A stretch of DNA of 45,879 bases from an uncultured Candidatus Saccharibacteria bacterium (GCA_964430945.1 CAYSHH010000007.1:1-45879), one strand, 5' to 3'; numbered from the stretch's first letter, positions 27,141 through 36,032 are shown. Notes: generated by a model from the sequence alone, not told the origin. Program-made: numbers and translations.

Positions 27141-28334
27141 TTATAATTGATTGACTTCGTATGATACTGACATATTGCCAGTAATGGGAACGTCATAGCG
27201 ATACATTGCGTACCACCCTGACTTCCAGATGATAATATCGAAAGTTCCACTTTCAAATTTTTCCGGAAATGTCACTTTTCCATCCGAATCAGTAGTCTCT
27301 TTATAAGTTGTTCCATTCTGTGTTACCGATACCTCCGCCCCTACGAGGGGCTTCGTGGTCCCGGCCTGAATCGCAATTACCTCCAGTGTCCACAGGTTGG
27401 TCACTGGAGTAAGAGTCACTGTCCGGATCACTGTCTGTTCGGAGAAAATCTCGATAGTCTCCTGAAACGAATTATATCCGTTCCTGGAAACTTGGTACGT
27501 ATGACTTCCTGGAGACAGTGGGAAAACGTACGGGGTGACTTGTCCACTATCCGAGCCGTCGATCTTGATCATTGCGCCAGTGGGAACTGTGCTTAAATCA
27601 AGATATCCGTTTTTTGGCTCAACAGATGGTGTTGGCGAGGGTGACGGAGACCAAAACGTATGGTCAATAACCGTAGTTTCTCCCCGAACTATTTCCACGG
27701 TTTGATTATACTCTTCACTTTCGTCACTCTCGAGCTTAACTTGATATGTGCCCGGATTAAGCTCTATTTCGAAATATGTTTTCCCCCTATGTATGCCGTC
27801 GATGTAAACATTGGCATTCGGAGGGGTAGAACTTATCTGAAGAAGACCCTTTTCTGAAACCGGGTAAATAATGGTTTGATTCTCTGGAATCACCGTTGTT
27901 TGACCCGACATTACATCAATTCCTACTAAATGTTTCTGGAGAAATCCGTTTTTTGTTACCCAGATTTCCCAACTTCCAACTGGCAGGTTCTCCAAAGAGA
28001 ACATTCCACTGGAATCAGATGTAGTAGAGTGGGTTTCTTTAGTAAGGTAATCGTAGGGGCCTGTAGCTTGTATTATTGATCCCTCAATAATATTGCCACT
28101 AGAGTCCTTGATTACCCCAGACATATTACCCGTTTCTATAGGTGTTATAGTTGGTGAAGCACTCGGCGTTTCTGTTGGAGAAACCGTGGGACTTGATGTT
28201 GGTGTCCATGTAGGAGTCGTTCCTCCTCCTCCGGAATCACTTCCGCCACCTCCACCGGAACACCCGATCAAAAAGGCCGAAATCAGAAAAACCATTATCG
28301 CGAAAATTGATATCCATTTTGCAGTTTTGAACAT
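27141..28334 (-). CDS. Putative lipoprotein with Gly/Thr-Pro linker, carboxypeptidase-regulatory-like and two PEGA domains
   Basis: Lipobox LIGC, SGGGGGS, (TP/SP)n linker, G.ISSTPPNANVYIDG..RGKT and STVPTGAMIKIDG...TP PEGA repeats; ATG at 28334 after AAGGAG. Confidence 0.8.
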   Translation of the reverse strand: MFKTAKWISIFAIMVFLISAFLIGCSGGGGGSDSGGGGTTPTWTPTSSPTVSPTETPSASPTITPIETGNMSGVIKDSSGNIIEGSIIQATGPYDYLTKETHSTTSDSSGMFSLENLPVGSWEIWVTKNGFLQKHLVGIDVMSGQTTVIPENQTIIYPVSEKGLLQISSTPPNANVYIDGIHRGKTYFEIELNPGTYQVKLESDESEEYNQTVEIVRGETTVIDHTFWSPSPSPTPSVEPKNGYLDLSTVPTGAMIKIDGSDSGQVTPYVFPLSPGSHTYQVSRNGYNSFQETIEIFSEQTVIRTVTLTPVTNLWTLEVIAIQAGTTKPLVGAEVSVTQNGTTYKETTDSDGKVTFPEKFESGTFDIIIWKSGWYAMYRYDVPITGNMSVSYEVNQL

Positions 28335-28480
28335 TATGTTCACTCTCCTTATTTCAAATTTTTATCAAAAAAACTGCATGTTTTTTATATCATTATAATC
28401 ACGCGACCTCGCGTGACTTTATCACTTCCTTTCTTGTTTTTAAAGGACAATGTCCTTTTTTTATTTTCAAACGACGTCAA

Positions 28481-28509
28481 ATAGTATCATATCTCATTCT
28501 CTCTGTCAA
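28481..28509 (-). promoter_or_regulatory. Sigma70-type promoter for the PEGA gene
   Basis: Minus strand TTGACA-N17-TACTAT. Confidence 0.65.
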
Positions 28510-28586
28510 TACCAAATTCATAAAATCCCATCTTTTCAACTCAAAATTTCACAATAAACCCACCAACCATACAAATATTAAATATT

Positions 28587-28637
28587 CTTAGGTGTACAGA
28601 TATGCACACCTCCGATGTGTGCATATCTGTACACATC
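28587..28637. repeat. REPIN-like doublet, left copy
   Basis: cttag + perfect 18-bp inverted repeat gtgtacagatatgcacac (28592-28609) / 7-nt spacer / gtgtgcatatctgtacac (28617-28634) + atc. Confidence 0.92.
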
Positions 28638-28647
28638 GGTAAAAAAA

Positions 28648-29316
28648 CTATTCTTGCACTAATTTTTTAATATATTGTAATTCTCGTTGATAGTCTGCAT
28701 TGTCTAGTACAAAATTTTCATATTCTTTTGGATTCTTGAAGTAATTATAAATTACTGATTTATCGAGAAAATTAGAATCCTTGGATGATAAATAATCTGA
28801 ATAACTCGACCACATAAATTTTTTATTATCTTTTGCTGAACACATATGTGAAGAAACTGGATTTAAATGTATATACCTTGATACATGGACAAGCTGCTCA
28901 TCATCTTCAATGCGCACAGATTTGAATGAAGATTCAAATAATGTTCCCTTGCGCTTGTACTTTGTATTAAAATACCTAACATAACCATTCTCAACATTTT
29001 TCAAATAAGTAGATACTCCATTCTCTGATATTTGTTTTACGAGTAAATGGAAATGATTGGGCATTAAACAATAACAAATCAATTCAACTATCTTCTGATG
29101 CTTGTTGTTTAATTTTTTAATAATATTTGTTTTTTCTTTTATGTTAGATCTGTAGTAATGAGAAAATCTCATTGGTAAATCCGCAAATCTATAATAATTT
29201 AAAAGATTAAAAAAACGATAATAATCATTTTGGTGACTAAAAATAATATTACGCAATATTCCCCGATTAATTAGGTGATAAATCTCACCGTTTGCAAGTC
29301 CAACTTCTCGTCTCAT
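28648..29316 (-). CDS. REP-associated tyrosine transposase (RAYT/TnpA-REP, Y1_Tnp HUH superfamily)
   Basis: YHLINRG, YCLMPNHFHLLV (HUH), RKGTLFESSFK, SRYIHLNPV (catalytic Tyr), WSSY..YL; ATG at 29316. Confidence 0.92.
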   Translation of the reverse strand: MRREVGLANGEIYHLINRGILRNIIFSHQNDYYRFFNLLNYYRFADLPMRFSHYYRSNIKEKTNIIKKLNNKHQKIVELICYCLMPNHFHLLVKQISENGVSTYLKNVENGYVRYFNTKYKRKGTLFESSFKSVRIEDDEQLVHVSRYIHLNPVSSHMCSAKDNKKFMWSSYSDYLSSKDSNFLDKSVIYNYFKNPKEYENFVLDNADYQRELQYIKKLVQE

Positions 29317-29338
29317 AAATTTATTATACCAAAAAGTA

Positions 29339-29389
29339 CTTAGGTGTGCAGATATGTACACTTCCGATGTGTACATATCTGCACACATC
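29339..29389. repeat. REPIN-like doublet, right copy
   Basis: cttag + perfect 18-bp inverted repeat gtgtgcagatatgtacac (29344-29361) / 7-nt spacer / gtgtacatatctgcacac (29369-29386) + atc. Confidence 0.92.
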
Positions 29390-29503
29390 TTTACGAGCGG
29401 GATTGATTTAAAAAATATCTATTCATATTATTATATTTTTGAAGAAAATTTGGCAAAAAAAGAGAGCCACAAGGGCTCAAACAAATATATGTAGAATGAA
29501 GGG

Positions 29504-30118
29504 TTATCTTACCCAGGACGGTTTTATCTCTCTGTAATAGCCCAGGGTTCTGAAAATTTTCCACTTATTTTGGTCTCCAACTTTGTGCATACCCATTCCT
29601 ACACAGTCGGAACCATCCATTTTATGATACATTAAAAAGAAAATTCCAGGTTCGTCACTCGATTTAAATATCTTCGTGACATGCCAGTCCTCACTAATTC
29701 GACTGGAAATTATTGGATTTATTTCATTTGGTGAGAAGGGCATATGGGCAAATTTTACACCTTTCTCGTCCAATATGCTTACGTCGCAATATTCTGCAGC
29801 TCGGGCCAGATCTCTATTTCTTAGTGCTTCGAAATAGCCTACTGCTACGGCATCAGGATTGCTAAATTGTATTTCGCTGGCTTCCTGTTTCTTTTTCGCT
29901 AGACACTCGCTGCACAGTTCGTAACTGGTTCGAACTGTGTACTGATATGTTTCATCTTCTTGTACATTTTTGGTCTTGATATCTTCTGAGATTAATTTAC
30001 CGCATTGTTTACAAACCGACCTTTCTCCGTAAGTGACTTTTTCTGTGCACCCGCTGGCCATAAAATACATAGCCAGCATCGTGATTAATAACCAAACCTT
30101 AATACTTTTCACATTCAT
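29504..30118 (-). CDS. Putative lipoprotein with CxxC...CxxC segment and NTF2-like C-terminal region
   Basis: Lipobox ASGC, CKQC and CSEC, PDAVAVGYFEAL...D...A..Y; GGAGG SD before ATG 30118. Confidence 0.7.
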   Translation of the reverse strand: MNVKSIKVWLLITMLAMYFMASGCTEKVTYGERSVCKQCGKLISEDIKTKNVQEDETYQYTVRTSYELCSECLAKKKQEASEIQFSNPDAVAVGYFEALRNRDLARAAEYCDVSILDEKGVKFAHMPFSPNEINPIISSRISEDWHVTKIFKSSDEPGIFFLMYHKMDGSDCVGMGMHKVGDQNKWKIFRTLGYYREIKPSWVR

Positions 30119-30223
30119 TTTAAATTCCTCCATTTTTTTAGAACAAAAATTTCTTTTAATTAAGTTAAAAGATAATTATTTTTAACATAAAATTAACATT
30201 TCGTCAATAAAAATATTTTAAAT

Positions 30224-30248
30224 AAAAACCCCTGCAAACATGCAGGGG
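30224..30248 (-). terminator. Intrinsic terminator of the SH3 gene
   Basis: cccctgca-aaca-tgcagggg with T-run on the minus strand. Confidence 0.8.
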
Positions 30249-30266
30249 AAGTATTGTCTATTCGTA

Positions 30267-31031
30267 TTATTTTATTTTTTTGACCCGGCTTTGATGTACA
30301 AAGCCATTTTTTCCAGTTGGGGTAATTATTTTGCACCATTTACCCCACTTGACGATAGCAAATATCTCACCGTCTCTTATTTTTTCAATTATGGAGTGGT
30401 CTTTCCCGGGCCCCGAACGAACATTGGTATAACCGTCTGGATCGCAGATTATTGCTATCGGGAATCTATTTTCTACTACGATTCCCGAATTATTTATTAT
30501 TTTTAGTAGTTCATAGTTGTCTTTATCGGCATATAGCAATCTTATGTATTTTTGATAATTGCTGTCAAAATTGATATCGATCATTATCCTTCCATCTGCC
30601 CGATATGTCCTATACGTATATCGATCGTCGTAGAAAGAATTATCTGCAATATTAAAATCTGAGAATTCTGGGCCGGGGTCAACACCCAGAAATTTCATCT
30701 TTTTAGTCAAATTTACATATATTTTTCCCATGTAATCATGAGCATCATTTCTGACCTTACTCTTGGAATCGAAAACAACATGGCCAGACTTGATGATGAC
30801 CATCCCAGTCTTTTTGATTCGTGACTGCGTCGTGTAGTTGATGGTCACAGTATTATTGCTTACAAAGCAGTTGTAATTGCTCATAGTTCTGGGCTCTTTG
30901 TCGATGACGACTTCATGCCCATTGATGATCATTCTAAATCCGCTTACGTCGTTTTTGATATCGGTTTTTTGCGAAAAGGCAGGGGCTGCACAAAGAAAAA
31001 GAATTGCGAATACTAAAAAAACTTTTTTCAT
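30267..31031 (-). CDS. Secreted protein with C-terminal bacterial SH3 domain
   Basis: Signal peptide ending AFS; DPDGYTNVRSGPG...IIEKI..GE....WCKI....GFVHQSRV. Confidence 0.8.
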   Translation of the reverse strand: MKKVFLVFAILFLCAAPAFSQKTDIKNDVSGFRMIINGHEVVIDKEPRTMSNYNCFVSNNTVTINYTTQSRIKKTGMVIIKSGHVVFDSKSKVRNDAHDYMGKIYVNLTKKMKFLGVDPGPEFSDFNIADNSFYDDRYTYRTYRADGRIMIDINFDSNYQKYIRLLYADKDNYELLKIINNSGIVVENRFPIAIICDPDGYTNVRSGPGKDHSIIEKIRDGEIFAIVKWGKWCKIITPTGKNGFVHQSRVKKIK

Positions 31032-31281
31032 TTTTCATCACCTCAACAATTTTTTAGGGAGCATCTTAACGATGTACAATAATTTATCAAAAATAAATTC
31101 AAGGGTCAACGACAACAGCATAGCTTGATATCACGATCAAGTAAATTACTTACCGATATTTTTAGCATAATAAAAACGCACATTGTCGTGACTTGCGGTA
31201 GAATTCCACAAAAATACCCAATGATAGTAGTTGAAAAATATCAAAAATTACCCTATTGTAGATAATACATAGGAGATTTTT

Positions 31282-32319
31282 ATGCTAGATAAAATTTGGG
31301 GACTTTTCTCACACGATTTAGGGGTAGACCTTGGTACTGCCAATACTTTAGTATACGTCAAAGGCAAAGGCGTAATTATAAATGAACCATCCGTAGTAGC
31401 AATAAATAAAAAAACTAAACAAGTTCTTGCTATAGGAGAGGATGCAAGAAAAATGGTTGGTCGTACACCTGCTCATATTGTCGCCATAAAGCCACTTATT
31501 GACGGAGTAGTGTCTGATTTTGAAGTTACTGAGCAGATGCTTAAACATTTTATTACTCGAGTTCACGAAAAGAAATTTTCGCTGATTCCACGACCAAGAG
31601 TAATCATTGGAATTCCATATGGAGTAACTGAGGTTGAGCAACGCGCAGTTGAAGAAGCGGCATTGAATGCTGGTGCTAGAAAAGTATTTCTTATCGAAGA
31701 ACCAGTTGCAGCGGCAATCGGTGCCAAACTTCCTATTCAGGAAGCAACCGGATCAATGATAGTCGACATTGGCGGTGGTACGACTGAGGTAGCAGTACTT
31801 TCTCTTGGTGGTATTGTCGCATCTCGTTCGCTTCGAATTGCTGGCAATGAAATCGACGAAGCTATCAAAGATTATGTACGCGATAAACTAAATCTTCTTA
31901 TCGGTGACAGAATGACAGAATCAATCAAGGTAAAAATGGCATCCGTTATTCCGTTTAAAGAAACTATTGAGATGCCGATTCGTGGCAGAGATCTATTGTC
32001 TGGACTTCCCAAGGAAATCGTAATATCTGATGAGCAGGTTCGTGAGGCGATAGAAAAACCAGTTAATCTTATTGTTGAATCAATAAAAACTACACTCGAA
32101 GAAACGCCACCGGAATTGGTTGCTGATATTATGCATCAAGGAATCGTACTAGCAGGTGGTGGTGCGCTACTTAGAGGTCTCGACAAGCTAATTGCCGATA
32201 CTACCAAAACTAAAGTTGTTATCGCTGATGATCCAATTACCTCAGTTGTACGTGGTACAGGTGTAGTCCTTGAAGATTTAGACAACCTTAAGGAAGTCTT
32301 GCTTACTACTGACTATTAA
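31282..32319 (+). CDS. mreB: Rod shape-determining actin homolog MreB
   Basis: GVDLGTANT, EPSVVAI, IEEPVAAAIG, DIGGGTTEVA, LAGGGALL. Confidence 0.98.
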   Translation: MLDKIWGLFSHDLGVDLGTANTLVYVKGKGVIINEPSVVAINKKTKQVLAIGEDARKMVGRTPAHIVAIKPLIDGVVSDFEVTEQMLKHFITRVHEKKFSLIPRPRVIIGIPYGVTEVEQRAVEEAALNAGARKVFLIEEPVAAAIGAKLPIQEATGSMIVDIGGGTTEVAVLSLGGIVASRSLRIAGNEIDEAIKDYVRDKLNLLIGDRMTESIKVKMASVIPFKETIEMPIRGRDLLSGLPKEIVISDEQVREAIEKPVNLIVESIKTTLEETPPELVADIMHQGIVLAGGGALLRGLDKLIADTTKTKVVIADDPITSVVRGTGVVLEDLDNLKEVLLTTDY

Positions 32320-32377
32320 AAATAGTATAGATCAACAATCGTTATAAATATTTGATATTAATTAATTTTATTCATTT

Positions 32378-33151
32378 ATGCGCAATTATCGATTTTTAGT
32401 GATAATCGTAATTATTCTAATAATTGGCGCCATGCTATACCCGATCAAACCAATCAAAAATTTTTTTTATACAATAACATCCCCAATTTCTAGCGGACTA
32501 AATCATATATCTAGCTCTATCGGGGGATTTTTTTCTGATCTCGGGTCTATTGGTAGACTTTCAAGAGAAAATCAAAGTCTTACTGAAAAAAATAATCTTC
32601 TTGAGGCTCAGATCGTAGAGTTAGAGGAATACAAACACGAGAATGAAATTCTAAGGAAAGAACTCGATTTCATCGATAGTAAAAAAGAAAAAGATATGAT
32701 TGGCGCAAAAATAATATCGCGCGAAGTATCACCATTTTTACAAACTATACTTATCGACAAAGGACAAAAAGACGGCATAAAGGTTGGGTCAGTTCTGATG
32801 TCCCAAGGGCATTTGGTCGGTATAGTTTCGCAAATATTTGATGATTATTCACAAGCCGAGCTTATTACTAGTACGCAAACAATTGTCCCAGTAATTTTAC
32901 AAGATTCTCGCGCTACTGGACTCATGAAATCGCAGTTGGACGGACTTTATATAGAAGATATTCCGATAGATCAAGATGTCAAAAAGGGAGAGGCAGTTCT
33001 TACTAGTAATCTTAGTGAAAATATTCCTCAGGATATACCTATTGGTACTGTTGATGAAGTTACCAAATACGAATCACAAATATTCCAAACCATCAAAATC
33101 AAATCACCGATCGAATTTTCCAAACTCGAATTTGTTTTTGTAACTAAATAA
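32378..33151 (+). CDS. mreC: Rod shape-determining protein MreC
   Basis: TM, coiled coil (LSRENQSL..ENEILR), IDKGQKDGIKVG, GLVG.V, P.DIPIG.V. Confidence 0.93.
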   Translation: MRNYRFLVIIVIILIIGAMLYPIKPIKNFFYTITSPISSGLNHISSSIGGFFSDLGSIGRLSRENQSLTEKNNLLEAQIVELEEYKHENEILRKELDFIDSKKEKDMIGAKIISREVSPFLQTILIDKGQKDGIKVGSVLMSQGHLVGIVSQIFDDYSQAELITSTQTIVPVILQDSRATGLMKSQLDGLYIEDIPIDQDVKKGEAVLTSNLSENIPQDIPIGTVDEVTKYESQIFQTIKIKSPIEFSKLEFVFVTK

Positions 33152-33157
33152 TTTATT

Positions 33158-33640
33158 ATGAAAACATTAAAAACAATTTTGCTTATTCTACTAGTTTTTT
33201 TTATTGAAGTTGCAATTGCGCCTAATTTGGGAATATATTCTGTATTTCCGAGCACTATGCTTATTGCCATTATGTTTTATTTATTGAACTTTAAATATGA
33301 AGAAGCTCTTTTATGGGCTGGTATCGGAGGAATACTAATGGATCTTTATTCTCCACTTCATTTTGGTGTATATACGTTCAGCTATCTAGTGGTTTATTTT
33401 ATCTCGTACTTGGTATTTACAAAATTTATATCCGAACAAGCATTCTTTGTGGTAATCCCGTCTTTTTTCATAGGTTATCTTTTGGCTGAAATTATTCCGT
33501 TTATGATAGAACATGGTTCGTATTCTATTTATTTTGCATCAGCACTTTATACTGCAATTCTTGGAACGTTCGTATTTTATATATTTACAAACCGTTTTAA
33601 AAAACGCACATCTACCTATGAGCTATCTAGTAAATTATAA
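33158..33640 (+). CDS. mreD: Rod shape-determining protein MreD
   Basis: Polytopic membrane protein after mreC; GGILMDLYS..FG motif. Confidence 0.85.
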   Translation: MKTLKTILLILLVFFIEVAIAPNLGIYSVFPSTMLIAIMFYLLNFKYEEALLWAGIGGILMDLYSPLHFGVYTFSYLVVYFISYLVFTKFISEQAFFVVIPSFFIGYLLAEIIPFMIEHGSYSIYFASALYTAILGTFVFYIFTNRFKKRTSTYELSSKL

Positions 33641-33661
33641 TAATAATTAATATTTATCATC

Positions 33662-35599
33662 TTGTCTATTTTTGAAAACTTCGACAATTTGGGGAAGATC
33701 AAGCAAGATAAGCTCGACTACGAGCATCCATTGACTGATGATGAGCTTACCAATGAAGATGTCGAAGAAAAAACCCAAACCAGCTCATCAATATATATTA
33801 TTGCAATTGTTATATTCGCAGTGTTTTTTATAGGCAGGCTTTTCAATCTACAGATCGTAAAAGGTAATGAAAATCAGTTTTTAGCCGAAGGAAATAGACT
33901 TCGGGTAGAAGAATCCATCGCACCACGAGGTATTATTTTTGATAAAAACAAACAACCTCTCGTCAAGAATGTTCCACTATATAGTTTGGAAATCTATCCA
34001 GTCGATCTACCTAGAGAAAAATCAGAAAGAATTAAAATATACGAATCGCTCAGTGAGTTTCTAGATGAAGACCTAAAGGATATCATTGATGAAGTGGAAA
34101 ATGACAAGCTCTATTCCAACGAGTCTATGATAGTTAAATCGTCTCTTGAGAGAGATGAGGCTATGAAAATGCAAATTTCTCTTAAAGATCTACCTGGTGT
34201 GAGGGTAAATATAATTCCAACTCGCGATTATAAACTAGATGGCGGACTTTCACATATACTTGGATATATCGGAAAAATTACTCAAGATTTCTTAGCTGAA
34301 CACAAAGACAAATATTCGATAAATGATTATATCGGTCAAAATGGACTTGAACTTGCCTACGAAGAATATCTCAATGGTAAAAAAGGTGCCAAAAGAGTCG
34401 AGGTCGATTCTACAGGAAAAATTCAACGAGAGTTAGAAACCAAAGATCCTGTTGCTGGATACGATCTCGTGACCACTCTTGATGCTGGCTTACAAAAAAA
34501 AGCCGAGGAATCACTCAAAAATGAGATCAAGAAATTAGAAGATGATGGCAAAAAAGATGTTAAACATGGCGTAGTTGTGGCTATTGATCCACGTGACGGA
34601 GGAGTACTGGCTATGGTTAGCATCCCCTCGTACGACAACAATAAATTTGCTCAAGGTATCAAAACAGAAGATTATGAAGCAATATTAAATGATGAGGAAA
34701 ATCCGATGCTCAATCGAGCAGTCTCTGGTATCTATCCATCAGGATCCATTATTAAGCCAGTGATAGCAGCAGCAGCATTAGACAAAGGTGTTATCGATGA
34801 AAATACTACGATCAATGACCCAGGTGAAATAAAAATTGGTGAATGGGTATTTCCTGACTGGAAAAATCATGGGTTAGTTGGCGTTAGAAAAGCTATCGCT
34901 GTATCATGTAATGTGTTTTTCTATGCTATCGGCGGTGGATGGGAAAATATCAAGGGGATGGGAGTTGAAGTAATCGATCAATATTTGGACCGTTTTGGAT
35001 TTGGTAAAACGACAGCTATCGAACTACCTGGCGAAGTTGAAGGTAACATACCAACTCCCGAGTGGAAAGAAGAAGCCAAAGGCGAATCATGGTATTTGGG
35101 TGATACATATCATCTAGCTATTGGGCAGGGAGATTTCTTAGTCACTCCACTCCAGATGGTAAATGCAGTTTCTGCTATTGCCAACGGTGGCACACTTTAT
35201 AAACCACACTTTGTATCACAAGTTGTTGATTCCAAAGGAGATGTCATTAGGAAATTTGATCCAGATAAGCTATCTGATTCGCTGGTTGACAATCAATATA
35301 GTATAGAAGTTGTTAGACAGGGTATGCGAGAAGCAGTAGAATCCGATACTGGCTCAGCGCGTCAACTTCAAGATCTTCCGGTCAGCTCAGCTGGAAAGAC
35401 TGGAACGGCCCAATACGACGCCAATGACCTTTCACGATATCATGCCTGGTTTACGGCATTCGCTCCATATGAAGATCCGGAAATTGCCATAGTTGTACTC
35501 GTAGAAAAAGGTGGAGAGGGCAATGAAGTGGCTGAACCAGTCGCCAATGAAATACTTAAATATTACTTTGAAAATAAAGATAACGAGAATAAAGAGTGA
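33662..35599 (+). CDS. mrdA: Penicillin-binding protein 2 (class B transpeptidase)
   Basis: APRGIIFD, R.Y, G.GLE..YE, SxxK (SIIK), SCN, KTGT, AIGQG. Confidence 0.95.
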   Translation: MSIFENFDNLGKIKQDKLDYEHPLTDDELTNEDVEEKTQTSSSIYIIAIVIFAVFFIGRLFNLQIVKGNENQFLAEGNRLRVEESIAPRGIIFDKNKQPLVKNVPLYSLEIYPVDLPREKSERIKIYESLSEFLDEDLKDIIDEVENDKLYSNESMIVKSSLERDEAMKMQISLKDLPGVRVNIIPTRDYKLDGGLSHILGYIGKITQDFLAEHKDKYSINDYIGQNGLELAYEEYLNGKKGAKRVEVDSTGKIQRELETKDPVAGYDLVTTLDAGLQKKAEESLKNEIKKLEDDGKKDVKHGVVVAIDPRDGGVLAMVSIPSYDNNKFAQGIKTEDYEAILNDEENPMLNRAVSGIYPSGSIIKPVIAAAALDKGVIDENTTINDPGEIKIGEWVFPDWKNHGLVGVRKAIAVSCNVFFYAIGGGWENIKGMGVEVIDQYLDRFGFGKTTAIELPGEVEGNIPTPEWKEEAKGESWYLGDTYHLAIGQGDFLVTPLQMVNAVSAIANGGTLYKPHFVSQVVDSKGDVIRKFDPDKLSDSLVDNQYSIEVVRQGMREAVESDTGSARQLQDLPVSSAGKTGTAQYDANDLSRYHAWFTAFAPYEDPEIAIVVLVEKGGEGNEVAEPVANEILKYYFENKDNENKE

Positions 35600-35695
35600 T
35601 TTGTATTTTCAATAAAAAACTAATTATTTACTTGTTTATTTTTTGATCATCTAAACATTTAATTAAATATTTTCTGTCCAAATAATTTTTCCCCA

Positions 35696-35724
35696 TTGAC
35701 TTGGGGAATTTTTTAATATATAAT
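35696..35724 (+). promoter_or_regulatory. Near-consensus sigma70 promoter for the orphan operon
   Basis: TTGACT-N17-TATAAT; the -35 is flanked by inverted repeat ttcccca/tggggaa. Confidence 0.8.
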
Positions 35725-35797
35725 CGTTTGTACCTCACTAAAATTTTGGTGAGGTAAAATCAAAAAATTCTTTAACAAGAAGGAGGACATTTAAAAA

Positions 35798-36022
35798 ATG
35801 TCGAAAGAAGAAAAGAGAGAAAAGGAATATGGGAAGAAAATGAGGAGGGATATGGAAAAGTGGCAAAAAGAAATCAGAAATTTGCAGGATCGATTAAGCA
35901 AAAACGGCTGTAAGGGGAAGAAAAGGCAGCAATGTATTTGCAGAATCGAACGTCTGGAAAAGCAAATAATAGAAACGGAAAAACGGCTTCCCAAACGGGT
36001 TGCCATTTGCTTATACGCATGA
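35798..36022 (+). CDS. Hypothetical basic 74-aa helical protein (4 Cys)
   Basis: AAGGAGG SD; stop codon overlaps the SD of the next gene. Confidence 0.7.
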   Translation: MSKEEKREKEYGKKMRRDMEKWQKEIRNLQDRLSKNGCKGKKRQQCICRIERLEKQIIETEKRLPKRVAICLYA

Positions 36023-36032
36023 GGAGGATACA

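Larger units (their letters stand above)
28587..29389 (-). mobile_element. REPtron-like unit: RAYT gene flanked by two direct-oriented REPIN-like doublets
   Basis: Matching 51-nt palindromic elements 10 bp beyond the stop codon and 22 bp before the start codon. Confidence 0.75.

Noticed and set aside
28648-29388. 246-aa RAYT call starting inside the REP hairpin
   Set aside because: The first 24 codons translate the palindrome and promoter; family motifs begin at ATG 29316.
28587-29389. Possible CRISPR repeats (two near-identical palindromic 51-mers)
   Set aside because: Only two units, separated by a 669-bp gene rather than 30-40-nt spacers, and no cas genes.
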